Assembly (NCBI GenBank): GCA_041639695.1
Contig: JBEQBQ010000004.1
Coordinates: forward strand, 1 to 64,000
Source of the DNA: Candidatus Nanohaloarchaea archaeon
Lineage (GTDB): Archaea; Nanohalarchaeota; Nanosalinia; Nanosalinales; Nanosalinaceae
DNA length: 64,000 nucleotides
Reading direction: 5' to 3'
Shown here piece after piece: positions 8,662-20,100 of this stretch; the first letter of the stretch is position 1, and every line of letters starts with the position of its first letter. The position numbers and the translations under genes were made by a program. The notes under the pieces are model-generated. The model was not told where the DNA came from. It searched no databases and saw only the letters and a program-made list of their open reading frames with translations.

Positions 8662-9510
8662 TTAGTGTTTCTCTTCCTCAGATTCCTGCTCTTTCTTGTC
8701 AACTGATTCGTTCTTCTCATACTCCTCTGAGTTTTTCTCGTAAGAGCTATCTTCTTCGCTTTCCTTGTACCTGTTTGTCTCTTCATAATCCTTCTCTGTC
8801 TCTGAGTCGCTCTTGTCCTTTGAGTAGGACTTCTCTGAGCTTTCTTTCTCGCTGGTTTCTTTGCTGTAGGAGTCGTCGGTCTTTGAAGACTCGGAGTCTT
8901 TCTTGTCGTAAGAGCTAGAGTCTTTCTTCTCTTTGCTCTTCTCCGTGCTTGAAGACTCTTTGTCTTTCGTCTCCTTGTTGGCTTCCTCGCTCTTCTTCAC
9001 TTTGTTGTCGAAGTGTCTCTCGTACGTCTTCTTGACGTAGCCTTCCTGAGAGTTCAGGTAGGACTTGCTGTAGCTCTTTTTAAGCTTCTGGATCCGCTCG
9101 TCCTGCTCGTCAAGAGTTCTCTTGTACTCTTCGAGCTGTTCCTTCTGCTTCCGGTACTTGGACTCCATCTCCCGGGTTTCATCTTTCTGCTTGTCGAACT
9201 TCTCTCTGAACTTGTTCTTCTTCTGTTTCTCGACTTCAAGTTCCTCCTTCATTCTGTCGATCTGTTTCTCCTTTTCTTCAAGTTTTTTCTCGATGCTGCT
9301 GGAGTCTTGCTTGTGTTTCTCAAGCTTCTGCTTGTACTCCTCTCGTTCTTCCTCTATATCGCTCACCTTTTCCGACAGGACGTCAACCTTGTTTTTGTAG
9401 TAGTCCTTGTCGTACTTGGAGTCGCTATCGGAAGCTGCTACTGAGCCTGCGCCGGCAACTGCCGCTACGAGACCGATTACGACGAGTGAAACTGTGATCT
9501 GTCTGTTCAA
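8662..9510 (-). CDS. Secreted coiled-coil / low-complexity (K,E,S,D) protein with SipW-type signal peptide
   Basis: SD GGAGGTGA precedes TTG at 9510; N-terminus aligns with the signal peptide of the TasA-like gene. Confidence 0.75.
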   Translation of the reverse strand: MNRQITVSLVVIGLVAAVAGAGSVAASDSDSKYDKDYYKNKVDVLSEKVSDIEEEREEYKQKLEKHKQDSSSIEKKLEEKEKQIDRMKEELEVEKQKKNKFREKFDKQKDETREMESKYRKQKEQLEEYKRTLDEQDERIQKLKKSYSKSYLNSQEGYVKKTYERHFDNKVKKSEEANKETKDKESSSTEKSKEKKDSSSYDKKDSESSKTDDSYSKETSEKESSEKSYSKDKSDSETEKDYEETNRYKESEEDSSYEKNSEEYEKNESVDKKEQESEEEKH

Positions 9511-9791
9511 AATTCTCACCTCCTTCTGTGTGAAGCCTGTTTCAGGGAGTTAACAGGCAACCCTTGGGAATCATCGCTCCCTTGGCTAGGTTTTCTTCGA
9601 AGAACTTTGCCCGGATATCGAAGTACGTGGGATTGATTCTTCTCCAGGCATGTCCAAAGCTTTCCGGACTCGATATAAACGGTTTGTTAGAACTGAAAAG
9701 AAGGTAAAGGGTTCTATTATTTCTAAAAACAATAGAGAATGATTAAAGAAAGTAAGAACCGTTGATTTAAGCTACAATTATTTTCTTGGAT

Positions 9792-9992
9792 CTAATCTTC
9801 AAGACGGAAGATTTCCTCTACTGCTATGTCAAAGAAATTAGAGAGCTGGAAGGCTAGTTCGAGACTAGGATTGTACTTGCCGGTCTCGATAGCGTTGACA
9901 GTTTGTCTCGATACACCTATCTTCTTCCCCAGCTCTCCCTGAGTCAGGTCCTCTTCTGATCGAAGATCTCTAAGATTGTTTTCTATGGCCAT
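9792..9992 (-). CDS. XRE-family HTH transcription regulator
   Basis: LTQGELGKKIGVSRQTVNAIETGKYNPSLELAF. Confidence 0.95.
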   Translation of the reverse strand: MAIENNLRDLRSEEDLTQGELGKKIGVSRQTVNAIETGKYNPSLELAFQLSNFFDIAVEEIFRLED

Positions 9993-10003
9993 ATCAACAG
10001 TTT

Positions 10004-10402
10004 CTACTTAACGCCTCTAAGTCTTTTCGATACCTCTATCACGACAGTAAGCCCAACGATTCCGCCCCAAGTCAGGTAGTATGGCGCGACCCAGTCGGGG
10101 TAACTCCACTTTCCAAGACCCATTCCGATCGAAACTATGATCATTATGACTCCGCCGAAGGCGCCCGTCCACATAACCGCTTGGTGTGTTGACTCCTCGG
10201 CCAGGCTGATATCTCGCTCGTCAAAGACCGGCACTTTGCTCCTCCTCTTGATAATAGAAAGAGCAAGTACTGAGGCTATGATTATTCCTGCGGCCAGAAT
10301 CTCCATATCTATGTTGAAGGTTATTACAGAAGTTATCATTCCGGTTATAAGCACGATGAAATAGGCTTTTCTTCCGTTCAGCCCGTATTTTTCCAGAGTC
10401 AT
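10004..10402 (-). CDS. DUF2178-like membrane protein
   Basis: Four hydrophobic helices with a central DERD motif; usual partner of XRE HTH genes; ATG at 10402. Confidence 0.75.
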   Translation of the reverse strand: MTLEKYGLNGRKAYFIVLITGMITSVITFNIDMEILAAGIIIASVLALSIIKRRSKVPVFDERDISLAEESTHQAVMWTGAFGGVIMIIVSIGMGLGKWSYPDWVAPYYLTWGGIVGLTVVIEVSKRLRGVK

Positions 10403-10413
10403 TAACACGTAGA

Positions 10414-10457
10414 TGTAAAGGATGCTTGACATTTAAAAATGTAAAGTATGCTTTACT
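10414..10457. promoter_or_regulatory. Paired palindromic operators flanking a TATA box
   Basis: TGTAAAGGATGCTTGACA (10414-10431) and TGTAAAGTATGCTTTACT (10440-10457; GTAAAG-N4-CTTTAC) either side of TTTAAA. Confidence 0.7.
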
Positions 10458-10513
10458 TTAGGTGTTTGGAGGGTCAAACTAAAAAAGAGGAGAACGCATT
10501 TCGGCGATAGAGC

Positions 10514-10909
10514 ATGAGTTTCCTGACGGAAAGGAAGGTTCAGATCTCTACCCTTCTAGCAGCGGCAACTGTGACAGCACTCAACTACCTTGCAAATACA
10601 CCTCTGATACTTGTGGCATCACTGCCGGGGCTAGCAGCTTGTTACTACGCCGCCAAAAAGCTGAAGCGACAGTTCGACATACCACTAGCCTTCGTCCGGA
10701 GAGAAAAAACCAACTACTGGGGTGGGGCGTTCGGAGGGCTCATAGGAGGCATATCAGGAATCTACGGCGCTACCCGAAGTTTTGAACAGTTCTCCGTCCT
10801 GGAGTTCGGGGCAGAGCTCTCCTTGATAACAATCTTTCTTGTGCTAGCGTGTCTTCTGTTTATGGGAACGGTCCTGAAGGACATCGAGGACGGCTATATA
10901 GAGATCTAA
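10514..10909 (+). CDS. Hypothetical membrane protein
   Basis: 131 aa, about four hydrophobic segments. Confidence 0.7.
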   Translation: MSFLTERKVQISTLLAAATVTALNYLANTPLILVASLPGLAACYYAAKKLKRQFDIPLAFVRREKTNYWGGAFGGLIGGISGIYGATRSFEQFSVLEFGAELSLITIFLVLACLLFMGTVLKDIEDGYIEI

Positions 10910-11047
10910 CCCTTTATCCGGGCTCTTTGACCATCTGCTGGCATACAATCTGTAAAATCGCAGTAAGGTAAGCTAGGCGAATCTCACTCAACTTACTTCT
11001 AGGGTTTTAAATAACGAAAATAAATCTAGTCCACAGGTGCGTTCGTA

Positions 11048-11815
11048 TTGGATCAAGAAGAGATTGAAAGGCGTTTGAAAAATCTGGAGGAGGAGAATAA
11101 AAAGTTAAAAAAGCTAATTAAGGAACAAGAACCTCCCAGTCGTGGGAAGAAATCGTCAGGAGAGGTTTCCCGGCGTGGTTTTTTGAAAAAACTGGGTATG
11201 GGCGCAATCAGTATTGGGGCGCTAGGTCTGTCGTCTGCTGCATCCATAAAGATTACAAAAGACGGTTTTAATCACGGCGGCAATTCTATTCTGGATTTCA
11301 AGAACGATAATATATTGAAAACGGATTTAGACCTACAAGGAACCAGTTCCATTAAAAATGCGCAGTCAGTTAGTACAAACAGCCTAGTTGTCAATAGCAA
11401 GCTGTACGAGCATGATGGCACTATAAACGAGACGGGGTCTGAAATCACCTATAATGTAAACGGTAACTACGAGGAAATGGTCTTAATATCTTCCAGAAAT
11501 GTGCTCGGCCTAAATGCCTTACGGGTTAATGGAGACACCGGTACTAACTATAGTTACACTGATTTGGCGGGTAACCAGACAACTGGCGACAGTTACTGGC
11601 GTATACCTACAGCTGACAGAAGAGGGCCTTTGATTATCAGGGCGGCTCGGAACATAGGTATAGGTATCAACGTAAGGCCTACGGCCGCAAACACGGGTTA
11701 TACGGTTGCCGGGTTTAACAGTAACGTTGATGGCCCTATCAGCCAATTTACGCTAGTTCAAGTAAATAATAACTCATACAACGAGAAAATAGAGGTCTAC
11801 GGCCGATCTATATAA
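11048..11815 (+). CDS. Hypothetical exported protein with N-terminal coiled coil and twin-arginine motif
   Basis: SRRGFLKK plus hydrophobic stretch at aa ~40-65; beta-rich, Asn/Thr-rich body. Confidence 0.75.
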   Translation: MDQEEIERRLKNLEEENKKLKKLIKEQEPPSRGKKSSGEVSRRGFLKKLGMGAISIGALGLSSAASIKITKDGFNHGGNSILDFKNDNILKTDLDLQGTSSIKNAQSVSTNSLVVNSKLYEHDGTINETGSEITYNVNGNYEEMVLISSRNVLGLNALRVNGDTGTNYSYTDLAGNQTTGDSYWRIPTADRRGPLIIRAARNIGIGINVRPTAANTGYTVAGFNSNVDGPISQFTLVQVNNNSYNEKIEVYGRSI

Positions 11816-11850
11816 TTCCAGTTTTCTCTGACCGGAGACAGCTATTTGAG

Positions 11851-11937
11851 AGCCCCGACCGGGATTTGAACCCGGGGTCTGTCCCTGTCTCGAATGTTTA
11901 CGAGGGGACCGCTCTAGCCAGGCTGAGCCACCGAGGC
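11851..11937 (-). tRNA. tRNA-Thr(CGU) with 12-nt intron at 37/38
   Basis: Acceptor GCCUCGG/UCGGGGC+U, D arm GCUC/GAGC, anticodon stem GUCCC/GGGAC, T arm CCGGG-UUCAAAU-CCCGG; intron 11887-11898; CCA not encoded. Confidence 0.95.
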
Positions 11938-12027
11938 ACAGAAACGGGTTCGTTCATAATTTAGTTAAATGGTTCGATGCCGAACCCACTTAAACCAGAT
12001 AAGCAAATTAGAACCTAGGTTAGGTTC

Positions 12028-12225
12028 ATGCAGGAAAGAATAGGCGAACTTGCTGGCTACGTTTGGCGTTTCCTCGAAGAAGAGGGCGAAACCTCCGTTT
12101 CAGGGGTCACAAAAGCAGTTGATGCACCAAGAACCAAGGTGAACATGGCGATCGGATGGCTGGCAAGGGAAGAAAAACTCGAGTTCGTCGATAATGGGAG
12201 AGGCACTTCGGTAAGACTGAGTTAG
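12028..12225 (+). CDS. DUF2582-type winged-helix protein
   Basis: IGELAGYVWRFL...AIGWLAREEKL signature. Confidence 0.85.
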   Translation: MQERIGELAGYVWRFLEEEGETSVSGVTKAVDAPRTKVNMAIGWLAREEKLEFVDNGRGTSVRLS

Positions 12226-13073
12226 ATGGAGACAAGAAAGATTCCGGCGAAAGCCAGCAAAACACCAAGAACTTTCTTTCTACTTGAATCTTCGTTAAGG
12301 AGCAGGGATCCGATTACAAATATTGCTACCGACTGAATCCCCTGTAAAGGATAGACTGCTGAAGCCTCACCAAGCTTTAAAGCAGAATAAAGCAGAAATG
12401 TTCCGCCTGCGCCGAAAACCGCCGCAAGACCTATCTTTGACAAAAATCTTGGCGACATAGATTTTTTCAAACCAGAAATGTCCTGTGAGAAAAAGTAGTA
12501 AAGCGACTGGAACAGGGAGGCGGAGAAATACATAGTCGAACCAAGCGCAAGAGCCGAAAAATCCGCGAGAAGAACCTTTGATAGAATGGCGTAAGTAATC
12601 GAAAAGCAGAGAGACAGGAGAAGAAGCTTAAGCCCCCTATCAAGTTTAGGTGGTGTAAAGCCATTTCCAAGTATAAGAAGCGTTGAGATACTGATAACAA
12701 ACGCCCCTAGTAAATTGAAAATATTGGCGCCTTCTGAAAGCAGAATTACGGAGAGCAGAAAGACCAACATGACGCTTGCAGACTGTTTTACCGGAATATA
12801 TACGCCGGCATTCATCTCTTGGAGGACCTTGAAATAAAGTATGCCGGAAGCGGCGTAAATCCCTCCTAGTGCAAGGGAATAAAGTACTATCTGCTTTCCG
12901 ATACTGACAGACATTATCAACGCGAAGAAGAGCAGGATAAAACCATCCATAAGCGACTTTATCGTGTTTGTAGCTAACGCGTCGCCATCATTATTCATCA
13001 AGTACTTGTCAATAGAGGTGGACAAAGCGTAGGAAAGGTAGGCGAGAATCCCAAGAAACAGCCATTCTTCCAT
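12222..13073 (-). CDS. EamA/DMT family transporter
   Basis: Two 5-TM repeats; ALKLGEASAVYPL...LLNE motif; ATG at 13073. Confidence 0.88.
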   Translation of the reverse strand: MEEWLFLGILAYLSYALSTSIDKYLMNNDGDALATNTIKSLMDGFILLFFALIMSVSIGKQIVLYSLALGGIYAASGILYFKVLQEMNAGVYIPVKQSASVMLVFLLSVILLSEGANIFNLLGAFVISISTLLILGNGFTPPKLDRGLKLLLLSLCFSITYAILSKVLLADFSALALGSTMYFSASLFQSLYYFFSQDISGLKKSMSPRFLSKIGLAAVFGAGGTFLLYSALKLGEASAVYPLQGIQSVAIFVIGSLLLNEDSSRKKVLGVLLAFAGIFLVSI

Positions 13074-13127
13074 GTGTTTGGAAAGCCTCCGCCACGAATA
13101 AAACACCTACTTACTTTAGAGTTGTTT

Positions 13128-14078
13128 ATGAGCCTGAAGGCAGGAGCGGAAACTATAGTCGACCAGTGCCTGAAAATTAGTGATGACGAAAATGTACTGG
13201 TCTTGAATGATTCGAACGACCAAGACTTAATTGATTCTCTACTAGAAGTTCTTGAATCGAAAGATATTGAGCACGAACTTGTTGAGTACGAGGAACCTGA
13301 GAGCCAGGGCGATGAACCGCCAAAAAATGTCTCAGAGAAGATGAAAGAGGCAGATGTGGTAATAGCTCCGACAGTAAAGTCTCTTTCACACACTGAAGCA
13401 AGGAAAGAAGCTAATGAAGAGGGCACGAGGGTTGCAACACTTCCATCAGTAAATAAACAGGTCTGGAACACTTCTCTTCAAGCAGACTATGAAGAGGTGA
13501 GAAGAATAACTGAGAAAGTGTACTCGATGCTGGAAAATACTGAGAGCGTAAGAGTGGAAACGCCTTCAGGGACAGAAATAGAGTTTGAGGTTGATATAGA
13601 TACATACATCATAGACACAGGCATTATTGCGGGAAGTGGAGAGATGGGGAATATTCCGGCCGGAGAGCCTGGAGGGTTTCCAGAAAATATAAATGGAACA
13701 CTTGTAATCGATCATTTTCCGTTCGCCCCGTCAGGGACGAAAGTTGAGATTGAGGGCGGAAGGGTTGTGGCGATCGAGCATCCTGAAGGTGTAAAGAGTT
13801 CTGAGTTAGCTGAAGCGTTTGAGAAAAAGCCTTGTTCGCGTAAAATCGCTGAGTTCGGTTTCGGTACAAATCCTGAAGCAGAATTAATTGGAAACGTCCT
13901 ACAGGATGAGAAGGTGCTTGGAACGGTCCATATAGCTTTCGGAGACAACACCACATATGTTTCAGACGGGAGATCTAACCCGTGTGGAATCCACTGGGAT
14001 ACGGTATGCGAGAATCCTACGGTCTGGTTTGATGATCGAAAAGTTTTGGACAAAGGCGACCCACAGTTCGACTGGTGA
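13128..14078 (+). CDS. Aminopeptidase, M29-like
   Basis: GNIPAGE, IAEFGFGTN, DEKVLGTVHIAFG, IHWD. Confidence 0.9.
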   Translation: MSLKAGAETIVDQCLKISDDENVLVLNDSNDQDLIDSLLEVLESKDIEHELVEYEEPESQGDEPPKNVSEKMKEADVVIAPTVKSLSHTEARKEANEEGTRVATLPSVNKQVWNTSLQADYEEVRRITEKVYSMLENTESVRVETPSGTEIEFEVDIDTYIIDTGIIAGSGEMGNIPAGEPGGFPENINGTLVIDHFPFAPSGTKVEIEGGRVVAIEHPEGVKSSELAEAFEKKPCSRKIAEFGFGTNPEAELIGNVLQDEKVLGTVHIAFGDNTTYVSDGRSNPCGIHWDTVCENPTVWFDDRKVLDKGDPQFDW

Positions 14079-14189
14079 ATTGGCTTAGATTATAGCTAAC
14101 GTCTATAAATGAGCGTATGTAATTCGGTTCTAGGTTGATCCGGTATTCGGGAACTAGACAGAAATAGCCGCCAGTACGCCGGTATAATT

Positions 14190-17100
14190 TTGAAGACAGC
14201 AATTTTCCTAGCTTTGGCTATGTCTTTCACGGTTTCAGGGGCTGCAGTATTCTCATGCGACTCAGGATCAACTTCAACCGCCTGTACCGTTAACTCAACT
14301 AAGACCTTAGATGACGGTCAACTGATACAGGGCTCCGGAGATCTAATTATAGGCAGTAATGGAACAGTAAAGAACACAACTAACAGGGCAGACTTCAAGC
14401 TATCCTTTTCATCAGTGAAAATAAATTCGGGGGGCACTATCCGCGGAAACGTCAATATATCTGCCAATAATCTTACTCTAGAGGGAGGCGCCCGGATAAA
14501 CGCTACTGGTTTAGGTTATAAAAACGACGAAGGGCCGGGATCAGGAGGCAACAGTACTTACAACGGTGCAGGAGGGGGATACGGAGGCCAAGGAGGAGAT
14601 AGCAGCGATTCCTCTGGCGGTAGCGCATACGGGCAGCTTTATAGGCCAACCGGCTTCGGATCGGGCGGCGGTAATAGCGAAGGGGGCAACGGTGGAGGCC
14701 GTGTGGTTCTGAACGTCTCAAACGTAAGGTTTAACGGTACTATAACTGCGGATGGCCAAGACGGCGTGGCAAATGGTTTTTCTAGGGGTGGCGGAGGAAG
14801 TGGTGGAGCGATACTTGTCGATGCTGACGTCATGATGGGAGAGGGAAGTATGTCTTCCCGGGGAGGCTATGCTCCGAGTGCGGACTCTGACTACGGTTCA
14901 GGCGCAGGAGGAGGAGGCCGTATAGCCATTTACGCGGATGAAGAAAGTTTTAGTGGAGACATACATTATTCGGGAGGCACTTCCATTATAGATAATGGTG
15001 ATGATGGTACAGCGTTCCTCGAGCAGAGTGTTATCTGTGCTGAAGACTCGGGAACCAGTACGTGCACAGTGGATCAAGAACGTTCTGTTTCAAAACTCAA
15101 TCTTTCGGCCTCTGATTTAATCGTTAACGCCCCCGTAACTGTAAAGGAGAACATAAACTCAGAGGATCTTAACTCGATCGAAATCTCTGACGGCAGTATG
15201 GAGTTAGGAAGTACAGGGACTTTGGCCGACATTAACTTTTCCGGTAATAATTACTCGCTTGATGTCGGCTCAAATCTGAACATGACGGAGTTCCTATCGA
15301 ATTACTCGCTTTCTAACGATTCCGACTGGGCAAGAAACGGGTATATTAATGCCACAGGTTACCTGGATTTCAGGGCTGACGATCTGAATATAACCTCGGA
15401 TTTCAAACTACTCGGCGGAAGCAACTCAAGATTGGCCGTGGATGACCTCAAAGTTGAAGGTAGGGCGGAGTTCACAAGTGCTGATCTCCGAGGCACAAGT
15501 TCGCTTAATCTATCGAGCGGGATCTTAAATGTTGCTAACACTGTGGAGTTCGGAACCGGGAACTCAATTACTGTGTCCGACTCCCGTTTGAATCTTGGCT
15601 CTATCACGAATAGTGAAAACACTGATTTCTCCGGAACAGGCTATTCTCTGGATATAGGAAAGGTTAATCTGACCGAGTTCCTGTCAAGTAATTCGCTCTC
15701 CAACAGCGATGAGTGGGCGAAGACAGGATACATCAACACAACTAACTCTCTGAATCTGACTACGGACGAACTGAATGTTAAACCAGGTTTTACTTTGAAA
15801 GCCGGATCGAACTCCAACCTCAAAATCGACAACCTGACGGTTCAGGGCAAAGCAAATCTGGATGGTAAGACAGAAATTCAGAAATCTCTCAATATTTCAA
15901 CAGGTCGTTTAGATGTTAAAAATATTACAGATACAGAAGATATAGGCTTTTCAGGCACGAATTACTCTTTCGATGTATTATCTGACCTTAACATGACGCA
16001 AATTCTCTCAGATGACTCTTTGGTCGCCAGCGAGGAATGGACAGAAACAGGTTATATCAACACAACCGAATCCTTCTATTTATCCACGGAGCATTCTCTT
16101 AACATAGAGAATGGTTTCAAACTGGTTGCCGGGAAAGATTCAAAGATTAAAGCCGATGATATAGAGCTTAACGGAACCTTAAAGGTTGATAGAAACCGGA
16201 AAAGTTTTAGAGTGGAAGCTAAATCTCTGAAAATAGAACAGGGAGGTGAAATCCTCTCAAATATAGATTTCTCAGGTCAAAACTTTACAGTTAAGTCTGG
16301 GGGTATCGTACAAGCTTCGGGGATCGGATACTCAAGCCAGTCAGGTCCGGGGGCAGGTAGTGCTGGCGGTTCAGCTTACTCTGGCGGAGGCGGAGGATAT
16401 GGCGGTGCCGGAGGCGATAGCCATGACGGAAACAGTGGTGGCATAGCATATGGAAAGCTTCTAAACCCAACAAGCTTAGGTTCTGGGGGCGGAACCGGAT
16501 ACTCTGCTGGCACAAGGCCGGGAGGGTACGGTGGAGGGTCCGTAATACTGAGCGCATCCTCAAAAGTTTCGATTAACGGCACTTTGGCTGCGAACGGTCG
16601 GGACGGCGACGGTAATGAGGACGAGGGGGGTGGCGGAGGAAGTGGAGGCTCCATTCTTATTGAAGCCGATACGCTTTACGGCGAAGGCATTATAACTGCG
16701 GACGGCGGGAACGGCGGAGGTTTCTCGTATAATTATGGTGCGTATGGGGGCGGAGGAGCTGGCGGTCGCATAGCTCTCAAAACAGAGGAAAGTCCTTACC
16801 AGGGCGCAATATCTGTTTCCGGGGGTTCAGGCTATCAAAACGGTGTAGATGGTGCCATCTTCCTTTGTAATTCTGTGACTGACGTCAGCTGTCTTGGCGA
16901 AACTGATTCGGGTGTAAGTCTAGAGACGGATTTAAACAAGACATCTAATGACGTGTATCTTGAAAGGGATATAAGGGACGATTGGAGTTCAGGATACCTT
17001 AACTGGAGCGATAACGTATCAGAGTCTGGAGGTTCGATCATTAATGCAGATTATACTGTTACAGGTCTGCAGGAGAAAATAGATTTCAAAATCCTGAAAG

Positions 17101-20100
17101 ACGGCCAGCAAATACTTGAAACCAATTCCGGAAGAGATGAGCAGATTAGAATAACAGAAGACTGGTTCAACGGTTTAGAAGACGGAGTAAGTGAATGGAC
17201 GGGAGGCAATTTCTACCATAAATCCGACTTCAGCTATGAAGGAAGCTATTCAATAGGATCGGCTGACCAAGGCAGTATCGATGCCGAGCTCGTGCCAGAT
17301 GGCTGGCCTGGAGCCGCCAAACCCGGAGAGATAGAGTTTTACTGGAGGGAGGCTCAGGAACAGACAGGTTTCACCGCGGACTTCATAAACTCATCAGGGG
17401 GTTACGTCCTCAGGTCTGGAGGAAACAACCCTCAGTGGGAGCTAAGTGATGGTCAGGGCGACATAACCGTCTGGGGAGGCAACGATAACTATGCCCGGTG
17501 GATTAAGTACAGTTTCGACTTTGACTGGCAAAACTGTCAGTATACATATGACTTCCAAGATGTGGAGAGCGGACACACAGAGACGGGTAAGAGAAGCCTT
17601 AATTCGTGTAGCGGGATCAAGAAGATAAGACTTTCTAATGATAAGTGGGGTTCCGCCGACTACATGTGGTTTGACAACTTCAGGGCTACGGGTGTCGGGG
17701 AGATTGAACCTAACGGCACAAGAGATGCCGGCACGACAGTTGAGTGGAAAGGCGCTAATGTGGACGACAACGTTACGGATAGAAACGGCTATGAAATAGA
17801 GTTCGCAGAGAACTCAACAGGGTCCTGGAGATGGGAGAACAACATAACGGATCTCTCAGATTCCAGATTTATACGATATAACATAACTGAGAACAGTAAT
17901 CCGCCTTCAGAGTTATTCATATCAGAACTGGAGCTCCAATACAACGATCCGGATGAGCGAACAGGTATTATTGACTTTACTACAAATTTAACAGGCAAAC
18001 ATAGTTTTGAACTCCTTGAATCAATTAATCCTGTCAGCAAGAACCAGAATCAGGACGAAAACCTGATAGGGGCAACCCAGTCGAATAACTTATCTGCTGA
18101 GCTAAAGGATGGGCAATCGGGCCTTAGTAAGGCCATACTTGCTACAAACGAGTCCGGAAGCTGGAAAAACACTAGTTATACACAGAGCTATTCCAGTCCA
18201 ACAGACTTCACGGAGGCGGATTTCCAGTGGTCCAATACCTCATTCGATGGTGAGAACGCTCAAATATCTTGGAAGATATGGTTCAGGGATGCCGCGGGCA
18301 ACTGGAATGCCACTGACACTAAATCGTTTGAGGTTGATGGTAAGCCACCTCAACTCTTTGACTTCAGCTGGCCTCAATGGGTCGACGTTGACTCTGGTAC
18401 GGCAGATATTTCTGTTAATGCTGACGATACAGATCTCCCGGTTGACAGCGTGATCCTGGAGCAGAACTCGTCAGGTGGCTTTGCTAATCAGAGCCTTTCG
18501 GGCTCCGGGCCCTACACCGGACAGATCTTAAGTTCCAGTCCTGCTATTGTAGACTTCAGGGTTTACGCTAATGACACGGTCGGTAACTCGAATATATCGG
18601 AACCTCGCACCGTACGCTTTGCGAATGTCTCGATCAGAGAGGACCTGAACGCTTCAAACGTAAACTCGAGTGAAGCCATCGGGGTGTGGGGTGAAACAAC
18701 GTTACTTCCGACCGGCGAGAAAGTTTCCGGGGTCGTCAATATGTGGAAGGACACGGGTTCAGGTTTCACTTTGGCAGGACAAGATGCCCTTAACGCGGGA
18801 GTCTATGTTATTACCACATCAACAGAGGTAGCGGGCACCCACAAGCTGAAGGTCAACGTCTCAAACAGCGATGACATCTCGGGACTGAACACCACGATGT
18901 TTAACGTCAGCTTGGACGTATCAAACACGGACGCGGAATACAACTCTTCGGGTTCGAACTACCTCGACACGGATATCGAAGATAAAACGTTGAATCTGTC
19001 GGCCTACGTTTCGAACTCTACTGATTCGAAAGTTGATTCGGTTTACGCAAACGTTAGCACGCCCGGAACCAGTAAACTTTTCTTCCTCGATAACCCTGCT
19101 TCAAGGGATAAATCGCAGCTATGGAGCCTAGACATCGATATGGGTTCAGAGTTCTCAAGCCTCGGCCGCTACAACGTTACTTACGGCGCGAACACTTCGA
19201 GAGGGATCGGAAGCAACTACAGGACGGAAAGCTTCTACCTCGAAAACGTATCGGTCAACGCCAGTATAGATGACTCTCACGTCAAGACAGGAGAGGAAAT
19301 AGAGGTTTCAGGGTCTGCAAGCCTGGAGCCTTACGGCTCCCCGGTGACCCAGGACGTTGAAGTGTGGTTGAACGGGGTCAGGACAGTTCTAAGTACGGAT
19401 GGTTCGGGAAGCTTCGGTGGCACAGTCGATACGCCTTCCCAGGCAGGCAACTATACTGTAAAAGTAAATGTAACTAATAGCGACGGTATCACAGGATTTA
19501 ATAACTCGAAAATAAGCGTTTACAATCTTTCAATCCTGGAAGCAAACCCAGAGGATTCAAATAGTAATAAAGTATCCCAGTTCTACAGGAACGATGACAC
19601 GGCTCCGGAAGTCTTCTTTGATGATAACATAACTCTTGGAGAGGGCAGCCCTCTAGCATTAGACGGTATCGAGCTAACATACAGTGTGCCTTCAGACTGG
19701 GAGGAATCGAGCACAAGCAATTACGTAGGTACGCTTCTACCCGGCGAATCCGGGCAGAACGATCCAAGCTTCAAGCTTCCGAAGGACGCAGAACTTGGGA
19801 GGCGGATAGTAAACCTCTCGGCCACGTCCTCAGAAAACATTAACGCCTCGAAAAATAGGACTGTCGAGGTCTGGACGCGTTCGACACCAGAATTCACAGA
19901 ATTAAGCGGCGGAGAAGTTATTTCCCGAGACAGTTCTTATTACATAGTCGAAGCACAGGTCAAAGACTCTGTCAGCGGGGCCGGCCTCGGAGATATTACC
20001 GCCAATCTTTTCGATGGAGATAATAAGATTATTTCTGCTAAATCCAGCGCGACCGGTCATGTAGAGTTCAATTGGAGCGTAAAAGACTACTCTACGGGCG

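Noticed and set aside
4947-11937. Integrated element at tRNA-Thr
   Set aside because: No integrase, and no duplicated tRNA 3' end was seen
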